In this document: positions 12,703-23,945 of the stretch, piece after piece
How the letters are laid out: every line of letters starts with the position of its first letter
Numbering within the stretch: position 1 is the stretch's first letter
Assembly (NCBI GenBank): GCA_034780895.1
Contig: JAUZTB010000057.1
Coordinates: 25,630,249-25,693,797 of the forward strand
Direction of reading: 5' to 3'
DNA: 63,549 nucleotides
Source of the DNA: Rhynchobatus australiae
Lineage: Eukaryota
Notes under the pieces: generated by a model
Databases searched by the model: none
Seen by the model: only the letters and a program-made list of their open reading frames with translations
What the model was told of the DNA's origin: nothing
Position numbers and translations under genes: made by a program

Positions 12703-13305
12703 GTAATTGGTTTATTATTGTCACATGTATTGAGATACAGTGAAAAGCTTTCTTTGCATGCCATCCGAACAGATCATTCCACACATAAATACATGGAGGT
12801 CGTACAAAAGGAAAAATAATCCAACAGAATTTAGAATTTTGCAGAATGTTGTGAACACAGCCCCGTCTATCACTAAAACCAGCCTCCCATCCATTGACTC
12901 TGATTACAGTTACCAAGAAAGTGCAGTGCAAGTAATCAAATAAGGTGCAAGGGCCATGATGAAGTAAACTGAGAGATCAGGAGTTCTTTATCGTATAAGA
13001 GGTCCATTCAAGAATCTTATAACAGCAGCACCGAATCTGAACTTGAGTCTGGTTGTACATGTTCTCATGCTTTTGTATTTTCTGCTGATGCAAGATGGCG
13101 GAAGAGAGAATGACCAGGGTGGGAGGGGTCTTTGATTAGGTCGCCTGCTTTCCCAAAGCAGTGGGAAGTGTAGACAGAGTCAATGGATGGGAGAATGTGA
13201 TAAACTGGGCTGTGTTCACATATTTCTGCAATTTCTCACGGCCTTGGGCAGAGCAGTTGACATACCAAGCTGTGATGCATCCAGATAGGATGTTTTCTAT
13301 GGTTT
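12703..13305 (-). mobile_element. Rex1/Babar-like LINE 3' fragment containing an inverted internal piece
   Basis: The antisense 3' end reads aattggtttattattgtcacatgt...acagtgaaaag and the antisense ORF2 C-terminal region reads gcagttgacataccaagctgtgatgcatccagataggatg. A sense-oriented piece at 12838-12902 encodes LQNVVNTAPSITKTSLPSIDS. Confidence 0.7.
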
Positions 13306-13324
13306 ATTTCAAATCAAAACTGAC

Positions 13325-13480
13325 AGCATCAGATTTATTATCACTGACATGTGTCGTGAAATTTGTTGTTTTGCGGCAACAGTACAGTGCAAGACATAAA
13401 AATTAGTATGTTACAAAAATAAACAAATAGTGTAAAAGAGGAACAACAAGGTAGTGTTCATGGATGCATGAACCGTTCAT
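13325..13480 (-). mobile_element. Second Rex1-like 3' end fragment
   Basis: cagatttattatcactgacatgtgtcgtgaaatttgttgttttgcggcaacagtacagtgcaagacat is a typical antisense LINE tail. Confidence 0.5.
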
Positions 13481-13668
13481 ATCATATCAATCATATAAAT
13501 TAATCAATTATATCAATCACAGGAGCAGGAAGAACTGCAGAAAATAAAAATTAAGTTCGGTTGAAGGTTTTCCGCAAAGATGTTTGAGGAATTTGGCTCA
13601 ACTCGGGTCCCCAAACATAGCCTGCCTATTATTTAATGAGTAACATCTGGCCAGCACTTTGCCCTTAC

Positions 13669-13816
13669 CGCGTAGTGGAGACTTCATGGCGGCTTCCACC
13701 ATCCCGACCAGCAGCTGCAAGCTTTTTGGATCTTGAGCGAGCCCTGATGCAAATGCAGCCAGCGCATCTGCATGGCGGCCGAGATACTGGAGAGCAACAC
13801 CCTGTCGGAAGTACGC
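13669..13816 (-). CDS. TTC28: Internal coding exon (148 bp, phase 0 to phase 1) of tetratricopeptide repeat protein 28, equivalent to human exon 3
   Basis: The minus strand reads ...gtttttgtttacAG|GCG TAC TTC CGA CAG ... CTA CGC G|GTaagg, with a canonical acceptor and donor. It has 49 codons plus 1 nt: AYFRQGVALQYLGRHADALAAFASGLAQDPKSLQLLVGMVEAAMKSPLR. This TPR-type peptide is, by recall, essentially identical to vertebrate TTC28. The exon is GC/CpG-rich against an AT-rich background. Confidence 0.93.
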
Positions 13817-13879
13817 CTGTAAACAAAAACAGCAACAATGTAATTGGCAGCTTCCACCCGTATTTTGCATCTGAATCTC

Positions 13880-14045
13880 TTACATAATAAACAGGACCAG
13901 GAGGCCAATTGGTCCCCTGTGCCTGCTCCACCATTCAAAAAGAACATAGCTGATCCATTTCTGGCCTCAAGAATATTTTCCTGCTTTCTCTCCATCTCCT
14001 CGTCTCCCTCATATTTTAAATATCTGTCAATCTCCTCCTTTCACA
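13880..14045 (-). mobile_element. CR1-like 3' UTR fragment just upstream of the exon acceptor
   Basis: acaggaccaggaggccaattggtcccctgtgcctgctccaccattcaa...gctgatc, similar to 45935-46010 and complementary to the tail at 41930-41995. Confidence 0.6.
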
Positions 14046-15564
14046 TATAAACCTATCCCTGTGAGATTAACACATCATTCATCAGTTAATTATTTGCAGA
14101 TGTTTGTCTTTAGGCTCAAGCGTATTCCACCTGGAGTAATGTTTTCAGGTTCACTTCCCGCTTTTCTTCCCACAACTGCATTTTACGTTTTTTTTTATTT
14201 CACCTGCCATTTTGTCTGAGTTACTGACTTGTTTTTTTAAAAAACATTTTGGCCTATATCATTCACCATTCTTGGACTGTGATGGCACAAAGATCATGTG
14301 AACCTTCAGAATTAGAAAGTGAAAGGCTACAATCACTGGAATTCTCTGATCATCATCCACTGCACCCTCAGACTCCACCAAAAACACANNNNNNNNNNNN
14401 NNNNNNNNNNNNNNNNNNNNNNNNTCTTAGAATATCATTAAGCATCCTGAGTGAGTATTTTCTGTGAAAACTGAAGCACGGAGGGTTTAAAAGTATACAT
14501 GGTTGTCCAAACATTCTGAGTTAGTAAAGCCTCAAAAACTTTTACTTAACGATTGAATAAGCAAAGATACGTGGCCATTAAACCACTTTCACAGTTTTAT
14601 TGCATCACTAACTCAACCTCCTTATGGAAACCTTTTCTTAAATACTCCCCAAAACCTGGCAGACTACCCTTCACAGAGATCATCCCAGTTCCATCATCAC
14701 TGGACATTATCTTAAGCTTTTTTTTTAAGAAGGGTATGTTGACACGATAGTGATCGATATTGTGGAGATCTACCTCAAAATATTTATTTCTTGTTTAGTG
14801 GAAAAGATTCCTCCTAAGTTCTTTTTTCACCATTCATTAATTATAACCCAAAGAAGAGATGGGTAGAAAAAGGCATTTCTAAATAGTTTCTTGAAAACAA
14901 ATCAACTGAATATAATTTCCCAGATGCTTTGCATCACTGGAGCCTTGAACCTTTCCCCTCAAATTTGCTGCCCCAAAGATCACTCACTTCTATCTGCATG
15001 CACATCTTTCAACTTCCTCAGTGCTTTTTCCATTCTTTAGTGAAATCACATTCAATGCTGTGCCTTCTTCTTACAAGTTGATTCCATAATACCGAGAATC
15101 AAAGCTCTCAGTCTTCATTTCGCCTTCTTCAAAGGCCAAAAGCACACTTACATCCCAAACTGTGCCACACAATGCTGTGATTCTTTCAACTTCTCCTGTA
15201 TATTCCTCTTCTCATTAAGTTTACTAATCAATTTTTTTTGTATAAAATTCAGGCCATATTTCCCAGAGGGGAAAATTGCATGACATGGATTTCAGGGAAT
15301 GGAAAACCAGCTATTCAAAGCATCCCTGCATTAATAGCTCTTTCACACTTCCGATATGATTAAATGGCCACAAGGCCCAGTATAGCTTACAACAAATTGG
15401 GTCTGTTGGAAGCTTGCAATATTTAAGTATAACTGCATTGCAAAAATTAGGGTGTTACTCAAAAGGTACAGTGGTGTTGAATTTCAATTCTACAAGTTTA
15501 TCTTTCCTTTCCCCTCGACCCCTCCCACAAGTCTCCCTGGCTTTTTGGCAAACTAAATCTTAGG

Positions 15565-15795
15565 TAAGGGGAAGAAGACAAGAGAGAGAGAGAGATGGGC
15601 TGGGGGGAACTGAGAAGCAGAGACAAGGAGATATCGAGAAACATCGCCAGTGGGGAGAGGAAGAAAGAATGGGGAAGGTGGGGGGAGAAAGAGCGGGAAG
15701 GATGGGAGGGAGAAAGGGAAGGCAAGGTGAGGAGGGAAGAAAGAATGGGGCAAGGAGGGGAGGGGGAGGAAGAATGGGCGAGATGGAGGGGGTGG
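15565..15795. repeat. G/A-rich low-complexity tract (polypurine/polypyrimidine)
   Basis: About 230 bp dominated by G and A, including (ga)n and gggga runs. Confidence 0.85.
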
Positions 15796-16651
15796 TTGTT
15801 TATCTGCCCTGCATCTGGTACACTGTATTCTTAGAAAGAAAATTAGTAATTGCGATAAATCCCCTGGGATAGCAGGTAAAGCTGTCCTTTATTGTTGATC
15901 AACTAAAGGAAAGACATTCTTTTTTTCAATGAAAGGTTTTTTAATTTCCTTAGTTACTAATTAATAATGTAATAGTTACTAGTAATAACTAAATAATATT
16001 ACTAAGTAATATATTTAGAGTATAGGAGAACAGCTTGAGAAGAAAGACGGGCAAAGTGATTGAATGACTCCAGCATCAAGCATACCACTGCAATCAAGTC
16101 AAACCTTCAATCCAACAATTTAAGGACTCAATTATTAATTCACACTCATAATCTTGATTGCAATTATGATTTTTTTTAAAACAGCTCTCTAATGGAAAAG
16201 TATTCTTAATATCCTGGGTGATTTCAAACATTTGAACAATTACCTTTCTGTGCATTAGTAAGCTAACATTCCATGACTGCAACTAACTGGTCACTGTGTT
16301 CAAGGATGAGTTTATCATCACATAGAAGCAAGGTTAGTTTGTAAAGGAAGGAAACAAAGGACTCAATTTTAACTCTGCCTCCAACTGGTGAAATTCAGAG
16401 GTAGAGGGTACTAGTGAGGTGAGGCAGTAAATATGGAGCTGACAATGGCAGCAAGGATGGAAACAGGGATTTAAGGAGTCAGCTGAAGGTAGCAAAAGAC
16501 CTGGGAGCACAGGGTAGCCTTGGCAGAGCCACTAAAACCTGCTGACCCTTGATGCAGTACAAACAAAACCTAATGGTGAAAGGCTAAACTAGCTCAGTAC
16601 CAGATTTGCTCCGTTATGTAATCGGTGTGCTTGAGAGAGCAAAGTCTTAAA

Positions 16652-16700
16652 TCATACTGAAGATTAAGTCATACTGAAGATTAAGTCATACTGAAGTTAG
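16652..16700. repeat. Tandem repeat with a 17-bp unit, ~2.8 copies
   Basis: tcatactgaagattaag twice, then tcatactgaagttag. Confidence 0.9.
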
Positions 16701-19528
16701 AGAATAAAGATTTTACAGGATTCCAGGATGTCAAAATTAGAGATGAGCAAATTCAATTTTGGGTGTAACAGAGGATTTCTGTGGTCCTGGTACAGTTGTG
16801 TGCCTTGGGGTAGAATTGTAAGAGGTTGGGGTTTTGGCAATGACCAATTCCACAATGACAGTGGAGAAACCATGGGAAAGAGTAATATCAAAAGGTATAT
16901 TCTGGTAGAGTTTATATGAAGAGAAGGGCTTTGGTATGCAGGTGAGCAGTGTAACATATAAATGTGGTATCTTTTAAGTCAGAACAAANNNNNNNNNNNN
17001 NNNNNNNNNNNNNNNNNNNNNNNNNNNNNNNNNNNNNNNNNNNTGTATCCACATGGATCTCAATGCACAGCAAAGCCTGATTTAACGAGTAATTCTTTAG
17101 AGTTTTTGTAATTATCTTAATTAGAGCACTGTGACCTATACATTGCAATACTTAAGTTTTCAAGAGCACCAATTTTATAGAGATATATGGATTTATTTTT
17201 GCTCACTTTTACGATGTTAAACAATGTTTCAATCAGACTTTGAATACTCTTGATAACATTCACTATTTTCCAGTGCAACTGCAATGTCTCTGCCTAAAAT
17301 TTTTCCAACATTATGAATCAAACTGCAATTTACTTGATGTGCAATTCCTTACAGGGTAAAGAAATGTATGCAAACTGCCTGCAGTATACTATCACATCTA
17401 CAGAAAGGCTTTAAACAGACTCACAGTACAGTTGATGTAAAAAACACCGATTTTAAGTTTTGCTGATCTTTCTGAAATGTGGAATCACTTGTTAGTTACT
17501 GATCAATGCCACAACAGAACAAAGATTGTAGGGCCAGGGGAGGGAAGTTGGAGATGATTGGTCACTCTCGAGCTCCATTTGGTTAATTTTGTTGTAATAC
17601 ACACATAACTTGAGAATAACTTTGTAAATGGCAATTATTATTGTCTCCAATTGCTACTCTTCACTGGTACTCTTCAAGAGACACTGCAGCTTTTTATCAT
17701 AATTAGTATCAAAACAGAAAAATTCCCTATCATATGTTTATTCTGACATTATTTCTGTAATATTCTGACATTAATTACTAGTCAATGCTCAAGTCAGTAC
17801 TCCTAAAATATAGACATGTTGAAGGTTAGAGAAAAGGATGTGCCCTAAACTTTGCAGTTCCTCATTATGCTACAAAATATGGCACACATATTGTCAGTCC
17901 TTTAAAGAAATAATACAATTAGCGCAAGATAAATTAACCTGAAAATTCTGAAGCATTAATTGCAGTCTGAACGTTTCACTTTGCTACCCAAGCTAATGTG
18001 ACCTGTCAGACGTCAGTGTTGCTGTTGCTGCCATATCTATCAACAGTAAAAGGCTAAGATTCTTGAAGTTGCCTCCGATTTATTTCAAAGAATGAGTGAA
18101 AAATGNNNNNNNNNNNNNNNNNNNNNNNNNNNNNNNNNNNNNGACAAGGATCAGATTCCACAAAAGAGTTTGGAATCTTCTAATCCTCAATTAATGTGAA
18201 TGCCAATAAGTAACCAATTCTCTTGTACTAACCACGGTTCTGCAACATGCAATCAAAGCTCAATGGACCAGAGTTTGATCAGTGATACTGATCATTACTG
18301 CCATTTATTTCCCAATTTCACACAAAAGAATCTGCACAGTTAATACATTTCCCAAGAGCTGAATTCAACATGCAACAACCTATATATGTCACAACAGTTC
18401 CAACTTTCTCCCCTTCATTTATAATATTTAATTACTCACGTGAATGGAATTTGTACTCAAGCTCCAGTAATACATGCATTCAATTTACTTTTGAGTTACT
18501 GCATGATGCAAAAGTTCCCCATGCAACTGAATAAACATCACAGCCTGCTGTCTCTGCATCAATCCAGTATATTCCTTTGGAGTGGGGCATGAGATGCGAA
18601 TGATATTTTAACCCCCATAGTACAATGACACCAATGATTAAACTGTCCTGCATTTTCCCAGATGCCTGACACCTACCAGGATCTGTGCCCTCTTACCCAG
18701 GGATATCATGTCTATACAGAGACACATGAGGACATATAAAAGGCACATTTAATGTAGGGACAAAGACACAAAAAGAAACACAGGGACAAAGACAAATGCC
18801 TCTTTCCTCACAGAACACTACAGATAATAAACTTCAGAAGGCACTAAAATGCTGAAACCTGCTTACTATAAACACTAAATTACTTGACAGCACGGTGCCC
18901 AGAGACTCATTAAATATACTGAAGACTCAGCTACTCTCACTGCTGAGACAATCTTATCTAGTCTATTTTTAGTTCCACCACAGAACTGTCAATTTTTTTC
19001 TTTCATGCTGCCACGTGCCAGCCTTCGCAAATTCATGATCTTTAAATATGAAAATCCACTTATCTCTATCTAAAGCACTTGAACATAACACACCAATATC
19101 CAAGCACATTAATTACATTTTTGGAACAGTTTCTAATTAAATGGAATGTGGCTGTAATTAATACTTAACAACGTTTCTCATTACAGCTTTCAGAGTCCTT
19201 ATAAGTAAACCAGCCATGGCAAGAACGATATAAACAAAACCCAATGTGACAGTGAAAATTCATGTGCATGAATACTAAATCCCTTCTTTATTGGGTAATC
19301 TTGACTATGAACCTATTGTTAATGAAGTTTATTACAAGCCATTTATTAAAGTGAAGGGCCAGTATGTGCTTGCACTGAACCTCACAGGATTTAGTGGCAG
19401 AAGAAATTATTTAATGTTAATTAGATTTCAGACAATTCTGCACTGTTAAATGAAGCAATAATGAATAATCATCAATGACTTTTATAAAATTTAAAAAAAA
19501 ACAAATCTTGAATGACTTTTGGACAGTA

Positions 19529-20439
19529 CAGGTCCTCCTCAGGTTACAACAGGGTTCCAAACCCAAGAATCATTCATAACCTGGAAGGTTCACAAGTTGG
19601 AAATGTGGCTGACCGACAATAGTCGAATCAAAACCTAGGCCAACCAAGGACAGCGTGCAGTTAACTCAGGGTGTTTAACTCAACCATTCAGATTTCTCTG
19701 CAAGATGTGCCGATATTGTGAACAGAGCTTCNNNNNNNNNNNNNNNNNNNNNNNNNNNNNNNNNNNNNNNNNNNNNNNNNNNNNNNNNNNNNNNNNNNNN
19801 NNNNNNNNNNNNNNNNNNNNNNNNNNNNNNNCTCTGCAAGATGTGCCGATATTGTGAACAGAGCTTCTACACAGCAAAAGATGTGCACTTTCTGCCGTTT
19901 GGTAATATTGCCCTCATTTTTCAGCAAGGTCTTAATGTTTCCAGAACATTTTGCTGCTTTGAAGCACCAATCAAATGACAACTCAAGGCAGAGAACACCC
20001 AAAGTATGACATCATCAAGAAATTCAGTCATGTTGGTCTGAAAGGCATCAGTCATTGTTCATTTACAGAACAGCCCCACACTGACTGCTCAGAACAAAGC
20101 TACTTAAAGGGTTAATCACACTCATTCTGCATTCATTGCCATCAAGTGGTCCACTTGAGAACATTTAAAGTCAAATACACAATTGAATATTTGAAGCAGA
20201 AAAAGCTTGGCTGCTCAGTGAGGTCAGAAGGACACCCACTGAAGGGATCAGTTTAGTTAGGTGTTTACTTACTAGTTTAATTAGTTCGGCACAACACTGT
20301 GGGCCGAAGGGCCTGTTCCTGTGCTTTACTGTTCTAAGGCCCACAGCAGCTGGCAAATCCATCCCTCCAGTCTCCCAAACACTTGTTCGTACATACGGGC
20401 TGTATGTAACTTGTGCATTCATAACCTGGGGAGGACCTG
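19529..20439. mobile_element. Non-autonomous Tc1/mariner-pogo (Tigger-like) DNA element / MITE
   Basis: TA|CAGGTCCTCCTCAGGTTAC ... ATAACCTGGGGAGGACCTG|TA: 19-bp TIRs with 2 mismatches, and TA target-site duplications at 19527-19528 and 20440-20441. Confidence 0.85.
20245..20337 (+). mobile_element. CR1/SINE-type 3' tail nested inside the MITE
   Basis: ggcacaacactgtgggccgaagggcctgttcctgtgctttactgttcta, the same tail as 23890-23942. Confidence 0.7.
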
Positions 20440-21324
20440 TAACTGGTTGTTGTCATCTTAAATTTGAGATTGAACTTGCACATAATTCACAAAACAATGA
20501 AAATACTATCTTTTTTAAACTCTGCTAAGAATATTGCACAAGAATATTTTTAATTCATTTTGTGTGTTTCTGATATGTGAGCGCAACTTACAAAAAACAC
20601 TCTACATACTATGCCAATCTCAATCTTAGAAGGCTTTTCTTATATCCTCTCCAGGACTTTTCCTGGTGTACAGCATTGTTCGGTATTATATCCATGTGTA
20701 TTTTCTGATGGTGAAGACTTCATACAGTGCATTAAGAGGGCAACTGATCATCAGCCAAAATGTTTACCTTAACCAGTAACCACAGATGCAAATTTCAAAT
20801 AGTGATCATCAAACACCAATAAGGACAACACTTGGTTGAGTTTTCCTTTGGGTGCCATTTTAGGATTTGTATCACTTGTTATAGGCCAAGCCTTGAAGAC
20901 CACATCTGTTCAGCTCAATATTATATGCCATCATGAATTTAGATAATGGAGGAGACTTACTGAATTATTGATGAGACTTACTGTACTAGTGATCAGAAAG
21001 TGACTGATAAATTGTTAATTACCATAAATGTCTGAAGAAAACAAAATGTTGCAAAAAAATGTGGTTCTTTAAAAAAAATATTAGAGGCACTCTATTTGCC
21101 ATCCTTATGTGTGGAGAGAAATATGGAAACGTAAATGGCGTGTTAAAATAACATTCTTTCACAGTCTGACAATTTTAAAAAAGATCGCTGATGATCTCAC
21201 ACTTGAGACAGAGAGCATAAAGGAAGGTAAACTGATACTGGAGCCAAACCTATGCAAAGCTGTTTCCATCCCAATTGTGTCATTGGGAATTGGGTATTCT
21301 GAGCCTGAAGTAGCAGGTTGGCTC

Positions 21325-21645
21325 GAATATTTGCATTCTCACCTCTGAGTCAGATGGTTTTAGTATCAAGTCCCCATTGAACACATAATTTGGGCTGACA
21401 CATCAGTGTTGTGCAAAGGGAGTTCTCTGTTGCTAGAATGTGTGTTCTTTCAGATGAAGCATTAAACTAAATCCTTGTTCTAGTGATCCAATTGGACAAA
21501 AATGATCCTATTACTGTACTTAAAGGGGGTTGTAATATTTGAACAGAGAAGGAGTTTGATATTTTTCTTTTACTGACGTCACCAGAAAAAATAAAGGCAA
21601 ATTGACTGGTAATTCATCTCAATTGCAATTTGAGGTCTGCCACAT
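21325..21645 (+). mobile_element. Deu-domain SINE (SacSINE1-like), diverged
   Basis: cacctctgagtcaga...tcaagtcccc...ggctgacac..cagtg...ctttcagatgaagcattaaac...gatcctattactgtact. Confidence 0.6.
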
Positions 21646-23194
21646 ACTATAAGGAGAGTGACAGTGGCAAGATTTGTAAATCATCCCAAAATAATACAAC
21701 ACTTCAAATCTCTGTTCTAACACAAGCATCACAGGATTCAGAAAAAACTAACAGTTCACGAAAATAATTTACTGGACTGCCAGTGCTAAAAAGGGGATAC
21801 CATGACAAACTTATGATCCATTCCTTTCAGTTTGATACAGATTTTATGCCTTAGCTTTATGTGTGCTCAAGTGATCTGTTGCTTGTCAGAAAGATGCAGA
21901 TTCACCTTGAAGGTCCTTTCAAGTCAAATAAATATAATATTCATCCACTGGTATAAACAAATACAGTGCTGTTACTATTTCCTGCAACAAGGGCAATTTT
22001 TTTGTTCTACTTCTGCCAGTTTTAATCCAAATAGAGGAATTTGGATCTTCAAGGAAATGCCCGATTCAGCACAGGTGGGAGAAATAAATGGGAGGAGAAC
22101 AAGAAAAGGAAAGATTCAAATGCATGTCTGTGAACTACTCGACCCATGGTTAATGCAATATGGCAAAATTTCACTCCCTGCATTACCATACCCAGGGTCA
22201 CTCAACAAACCAATTCAGTCTAAAAGCTTTTTGCAGCCATTTCATTAAATACAGGACGTCAGAATACAATCAAATGATCTAATTATGAGAGCCATTTCCC
22301 ATGTGTAAAAGGCCAATCATTTACTAGTGATTAAGTCATGAATGAATTATATGTGCTTTTCATACAGATGGTGCACTCTGGTCAATAAAGGCTTTTAATT
22401 TTTTTGCCTTAAGCATTGATTTTTATTAATGGTGACGGGTTAACAATACAAATTACAAGTCTGCACAAGCAAGTTATGATGGGATTTATTTGACTGGTAT
22501 AATTGTTACTAAAACCATTTTAATAATCCACATAACCTTGTGATTTACAAAATATTAGCATAGACAAGATAGAAGTATGACTTAACGCTTGACAGGTACA
22601 AGTGCCAGAATTAAATTAAGAAATCAATTAAATGTAAATATTGTAGGAAGCTTATAATCCTGATTCAATACACATCTTCCACTCCATAGCCTTGTTTCCT
22701 CAAGATCTTCTTCATTAATATCCCCTAACTTATTGAACTACAAGATTCAACTTATACGCTGCCTTGAACAAAGCAAGACATTCAATGAATCAATATCAAA
22801 CAACAGCTGAGAGAAAACATACAACGGGGGGATAACATGCTACAAAGATTAGATTTACAAGGCTTTTAAAATCGTAGAGTGATGTACAGAGAGGGTTAGA
22901 AGAGAATTCCAATGTAAAGAGGAGCTTCTTTCTTCCATAGTGAAAGCTGTTTACTGTGTTTTGTTCCATTTCAAAAGATTAGACTAGAGCCTGGATTCAG
23001 AAATAATTATGCCATTTCATTTTAGAATGTATAAAATTTGTCTGTGGTACGTTTACACCAGACACCTGAACGTCTACATTGAACCGTGCAACAGGATTGA
23101 AGCAAATCGGTTGGCTTTGGCATGCAATTTCAAAAATTGGCTTTTAGCAATCTCAGGACATCTACAAGTAGTAGAAAATAGAGTAGAAAATATT

Positions 23195-23345
23195 TCAAAA
23201 GGTATTTTCTACTTGATGCTTGGAACCTGCCGTGCTGGGATGCACTGTCAGGGAAGGTGGTAGAAGCATATAAATTAGCAATATTTAAGAGGCATTTAGA
23301 CAGACACATGAACAGACAGAGAATACAGGCTTCGCTGGGTTAAGA
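23195..23345 (+). mobile_element. CR1-like 3' fragment
   Basis: tggaa...ctgtcagggaaggtggtagaagca...atatttaagaggcatttagacagacacatgaa. Confidence 0.65.
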
Positions 23346-23834
23346 ATGCCTGACTTATGGACACCCCTACACATGAATGAGCTCCCATAATATTATTAAA
23401 TTCAAAAGTCTGATTTCCATTCCTACGAATGGCAGAATTAGTTTCCTCTCTCTCTCTCNNNNNNNNNNNNNNNNNNNNNNNNNNNNNNNNNNNNNNNNNN
23501 NNNNNNNNNNNNNNNNNNNNNNNNNNNNNNNNNNNNNNNNNNNNNNNNNNNNNNNNNNCATGAATGAGCTCCCATAATATTATTAAATTCAAAAGTCTGA
23601 GTTCCATTCCTACGAATGGCAGAATTAGTGTCCTCTCTCTCTCTCTCTCTCTATTTCAAGTACTTGTTCTTTCTTATAAGTCTTATGTGTTTATGTGCTT
23701 TTGATGCCATTCATTAAAATACCGTGAGGAATGGTGGCCATATCGAGTGATTTTTCTGTATTTTCTGACCTATAGACAAAATCATCTTCAGGACATCCAA
23801 CAATAGAACCCGTTCATTACCCGGGGTTGGCCTG

Positions 23835-23945
23835 TAGAGGGATACAGACCACGTGCAGGTGGATGGCATTATTTAGCCTGGTATCATGGTTGGCACAGAC
23901 ATGGTGGGCCGAAGGGTCTGTTCCCATGCTGTACTGTTCTATGTA
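23835..23945 (+). mobile_element. CR1-like 3' tail
   Basis: tagaggggatacagacc...ggcacagacatggtgggccgaagggtctgttcccatgctgtactgttctatg. Confidence 0.7.

Larger units (their letters stand above)
1..13668 (-). other. TTC28: Downstream intron of TTC28 (intron 3 equivalent)
   Basis: It begins at the GTAAGG donor at 13668. The expected next exon (DSLEPTYQQLQKMKLDK...) is not seen in the ORF track and lies either outside the window or in a gap. Confidence 0.65.

Noticed and set aside
13598-14050. Overlapping ORFs on both strands around the exon, and the MQNTGG... start of ORF 13598-13870
   Set aside because: These are shadows of the GC-rich exon. Only the part bounded by AG/GT is TTC28-like and the extensions are intronic.
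15950-16020. AT-rich quasi-palindromic stretch (ttactagtaa, tattactaagtaata)
   Set aside because: Low-complexity sequence in which short palindromes are expected by chance.
19695-19868. 36-37 bp direct repeats suggestive of CRISPR
   Set aside because: There are only two copies flanking an assembly gap in vertebrate DNA, with no spacers or cas genes.
21832-22248. 138-aa ORF on + strand (also 56131-56514 on -)
   Set aside because: No recognisable domain, composition typical of random AT-rich DNA, and no supporting exon structure.
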